Assembly: GCA_016748015.1 (NCBI GenBank)
Contig: JAAOMT010000445.1
Span: 124,001-188,000, forward strand
Source of the DNA: Geosiphon pyriformis uo1
Lineage: Eukaryota > Fungi > Glomeromycota
Direction: 5' to 3'
DNA: 64,000 nt
Shown: positions 60,420-64,000 of the stretch, in pieces
Position numbering within the stretch: position 1 is the stretch's first letter
Layout: every line of letters begins with the position of its first letter
Program-made: the position numbers and the translations under genes
Notes under the pieces: model-generated
Databases searched by the model: none
The model's input: only the letters and a program-made list of their open reading frames with translations
What the model was told of the DNA's origin: nothing

Positions 60420-63330
60420 CCCCAAATCAAAATATAAATCTAATTTTGATTTGGGGCATTTTTAAATTAAATATTTTTTGTCTAAACTATAATTGTGAAA
60501 TTCATTTTTATTTTTTTGACTTAGAAATAATCTAAAATCGAATTTATACATAAAATATGACTTTTTAAAATTATTACAAATGCTTAAAACCAAATAGTTA
60601 TTTTAATGTTAAATAAGAAATTTTTAACATAAAACAACAACAAGAAAAAGTTTGCAAAAAAAGTTATAATACTATAAAACACTTTTTAAAAAGACTTAAA
60701 TACAATAACAATTTGAAAAAAAATTATAATTTAATTACTATTTAATACAATATAATTATAAAAAATTTTAAATTATGTGTTGCTTATGCTTTTTTTACAC
60801 ATAAGTAATTACTTAAGTCAATTAAGATTATATTAAATACTTATAAAATTAGCAAATATATAATTAAATTATTTAATAAGTTAATTTACTTAGTATAACA
60901 GTTTATAATAATAATTATTTTTACAACAAAATTAGAAAAACACAAAAAAATATAATTATAATTTACATTACAATACTTAAAATTTTCAAGTTTTTTTTTT
61001 ACATTAATTAACAAATAATTATAAAATTTTTATATAAAATAAGTGTAAAAATTAATTATTTATAATTTAAAAACTTAATTATTAAATAATTATTGTTAAA
61101 ATCTATTTAATTTTTTAATTAACAAAATTCACTAAATTAAAAAATTTAATTAATTAATAAATGTTTATTTTTAATAATATTAATAATATATTGCTGTTTA
61201 ATTTAATATTTGTTTTGAAAATTAAGCCAATTTATATATAATTTTATTATATAAGTATTTAAAAAAGTTTAATTGTTTAAATTACTTATTATTTTGTTAA
61301 ATATAAATACATATTTTAATAAAATAATTATTTATAATTTAATTAATGTTAAAAATATTATTATTTATAAAAAAATAGAAAAAATAGTTAATAATTAATA
61401 TATATTATTAAATAATTAATTATATATTAAAAATAAAAAAATAAAATAATATTAAAAATTTTAAAAATATTTAAAAATATTTCAAAAATATCAAAAATAT
61501 CAAGAATTTTAAAAATATCAGAAATATTAATAATAATTCAAAAAAAGTATAAAAATAATTAAAAATGTAAAAACATTTTATATTATAAAAATTATATATA
61601 TATAATAATATTAAAAAAAATATTTAATAATTAAAACAGAATTTTTTTGTTAATTATCTTTTATTTATTATTTATAATAAACTTATTAATTAAATTTATT
61701 AAATATATAAATTATTGTTTATATTATTAAAATACTTATTTATAATTTTTTATTTTTTAAATCAACTAATATTAAAAGCAAATTTTTAAAAATTTAATAG
61801 ATTAAATCAATAATTTTTAATTATAACTATTAACAAAATTTAATTTTTGCTTTATTTTATTTTGTTTTTATTTTATTTTATTTTATTTTATTTTGTTTTG
61901 TTTTATTGTTTTGTTTTATTAAGTTAAAATAAGTATTAAAATTTTAATATTACAAATAACTTGATAAAAAACACAAAAATAAACATAAAATTAATTTATT
62001 AACAATTAAATAACTTACTAAAAGAATAAAAAACACCAGAATAAATTTGTTATTATATTAAAAAAATAAAACATAAAATATTACCAATTATTAAAACTTA
62101 AATATACCAAAATTTTTAAATTATATAATTAAATTACAATATTAATTTATAAGTTATTAATTAATATTAATATAATTACTAAATAAATAAGTAATTTGGT
62201 TTTAAATATCAATATATTAATTTGTATTATATATAATATAAGTATTATAAATCAATTTTTAATTAAGTTTTAAAACTATAAATATTTATTTTTAAATTAA
62301 TTAAAACCTTTAAATAAATTAATAATTATATTAAAAATATACTTAATTTAAGTTTTACAAAATTAAACCAAACTTTTTATTTATGTTAAATTTATTTTAA
62401 CAGCCAAAAAAATAATTAAATTTATTACAAATTTAATCTTTTTAATTAGGGTTTTTATGAAATTAAAAACATTTTATAACTTTAATTTTAATAATATTAA
62501 CTTAAATTATATATTTTATTAACAATATTAAATAAAATAAAAAATTATAATACCAAAAAACAGTAGTTTTAACATAAAACACTAAATTAATAAATTAATA
62601 TATAAAATTTTAAATATAATAAAAAGCTTAAAAAAAGTTTTAATAAATTAGAAAAAACAATTTTATAATTAAAAACCAAATTCAAAGTTTAATATTTATA
62701 GTAGTATTAATATTTAAAAGTTTTTTTTAGATACAATTTTTTTAAAATATTAGTTTTAATAATTATAATATTAAAAAAATTTTAAATTTTAAATTATAAT
62801 AACATATCTTTATTAATAATTAAATTTAAAAACCAAAAAATAAAATAAGTTTTAACTATATATTTAAGCAATTATATTACTAATTTCAAAAACTGTATAT
62901 TTAAAAAAAAATTGACTAATTTGGTTTTAAAGTATTATATAAAACAATTATCTTTTTTTAATTAAAAAAGAAAGAATTCTAATATTATTTTTTATTATTA
63001 AAATTTACTAACAATTAAAAACAGCTTTAAAAACTTTTGAATTTTTGAAATAAACAACAAAATACTATTAAATTTTAATTTAATATTAAAAATTTACCAA
63101 AAATTCCAAAAACATTCTTAATATTATTAATAAAATGTTTAAAAAAATAGTATAAAAAACCACAGCAGCAAAAACAGAAATAGAAAGAAAAGTCATAAAA
63201 ATTTTAGCAAAAACAACAAGCTTAATTTAATCAACAACATTTAAGAAAGCCTAAAATACAAATTTTACACAAAAAAGCTTGATATTGTTCTTTATAATCA
63301 ACTTTATATTAATAAAACTAACCACTTTTA
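60420..63330. other. AT desert with a plus-strand eroded LTR U3/TATA relic (~61430-61640)
   Basis: aaaaatatc-type tandem units, TATA run and aaacagaa mirror 10710-10890 in opposite orientation; (ttttA/G)n tract ~61850-61920 resembles the U5 T-tract. Confidence 0.55.
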
Positions 63331-63529
63331 AAGAGTGATTTCTGGAGGTATCACTGTACGTATATTTTATATTATCATAGTAATTGGTACGTTCGTGTAA
63401 CCTGAGCTCATTATATTGTCAGCTCTGAGTTATTTTATTTTTATTAATTTTTTTTGAGTATTTATCCTTGAGACTTTGAAATAATGATGTGAATTAATTC
63501 TATGAAGTTTCTGATGTAAATTATGACCT

Positions 63530-64000
63530 TTAATCATCACGACCATCGTCCACGTTACGTTCTAATTGTTCATGGTTGACAGGAAGTTCATTATTATCTT
63601 CATCTAAGGGTTGATCTGCACCACCGTACCAATCTAATATTTCAGTTGGCTCAATATTATTATCATTCGACTGAGTGCCTTCGAATAGGCGAACTCTAAG
63701 AATAGAGAATAAATTAAAGCTTTGTTATGATAAATGAAAGAGAAAAAAAATTTAATACATTATCTGTGGCGTTTTAAATAAACGGCGACCACCACTTGCT
63801 CTTTCATTGGGCCATACATCTTCAAAGAAATAGTATATATGGCCAACAGCAATACCCATTAAATCACCAGTTGGGAAAACATTATTCAACATCAAAGAAA
63901 ACCCGAGCAAAACCCACGGAAGAAATGGAGCGCTAAACACGAACAATCCTAAAAAGTTAAGCCGTATAAACGGGTTGCGTCGTGACCAGATATACACTAG
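63530..64000 (-). CDS. Derlin (Der1/Derlin-2-like ERAD protein), last two exons; 5' part outside the window
   Basis: VYIWSRRNP...[20 protein letters not shown]...[19 protein letters not shown]...LFKTP; intron ~63698-63758; acidic tail ends at TAA 63532-63530. Confidence 0.92.

Overview
Eukaryotic, very AT-rich, intron-containing fungal DNA. The repeat and gene style suggests Mucoromycota/Glomeromycotina, which is an inference. Three conserved host genes, all on the minus strand, sit as CpG-containing islands in decayed retroelements: RPA49 (6830-8918), PUS7/TruD (57107-60315) and the 3' end of a Derlin gene (63530-64000). The window has four copies plus one 3' fragment of an RNase H-bearing LINE family. 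Five LTR insertions are nested in those LINEs: a partial Ty3/Gypsy element E0 (1-1314), two full-length ~10.2 kb Ty3/Gypsy elements A (12693-22858) and C (37979-48214), a 3.3 kb non-autonomous derivative B (25491-28801) and a solo LTR D (54071-55062). The four whose two junctions are both visible have 4-bp TSDs. All TE copies carry heavy C>T/G>A mutation in every dinucleotide context, and the AT deserts are end-stage relics of the same LTR group. The best candidate for an undescribed system is the LTR lineage itself. Its polyprotein is gag-PR-Cys-rich insert-dUTPase-RT-RH, with a stop after RNase H shared by three copies, then a separate integrase ORF and a conserved 219-aa extra ORF ending in the PPT. 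The gag frame opens right after the PBS with no shared AUG for ~340 codons. The ~500-nt R/U5 leader carries covarying RNA structures: a hairpin holding a 7-codon uORF, a palindromic-loop hairpin, a three-way junction, boxes complementary to elongator tRNA-Met, and a tRNA-3'-end mimic that can fold back over the PBS. Element B has LTRs with shared U3-R but different U5, which looks like a fossil of heterodimer co-packaging. Coordinates of degenerate domains are approximate.
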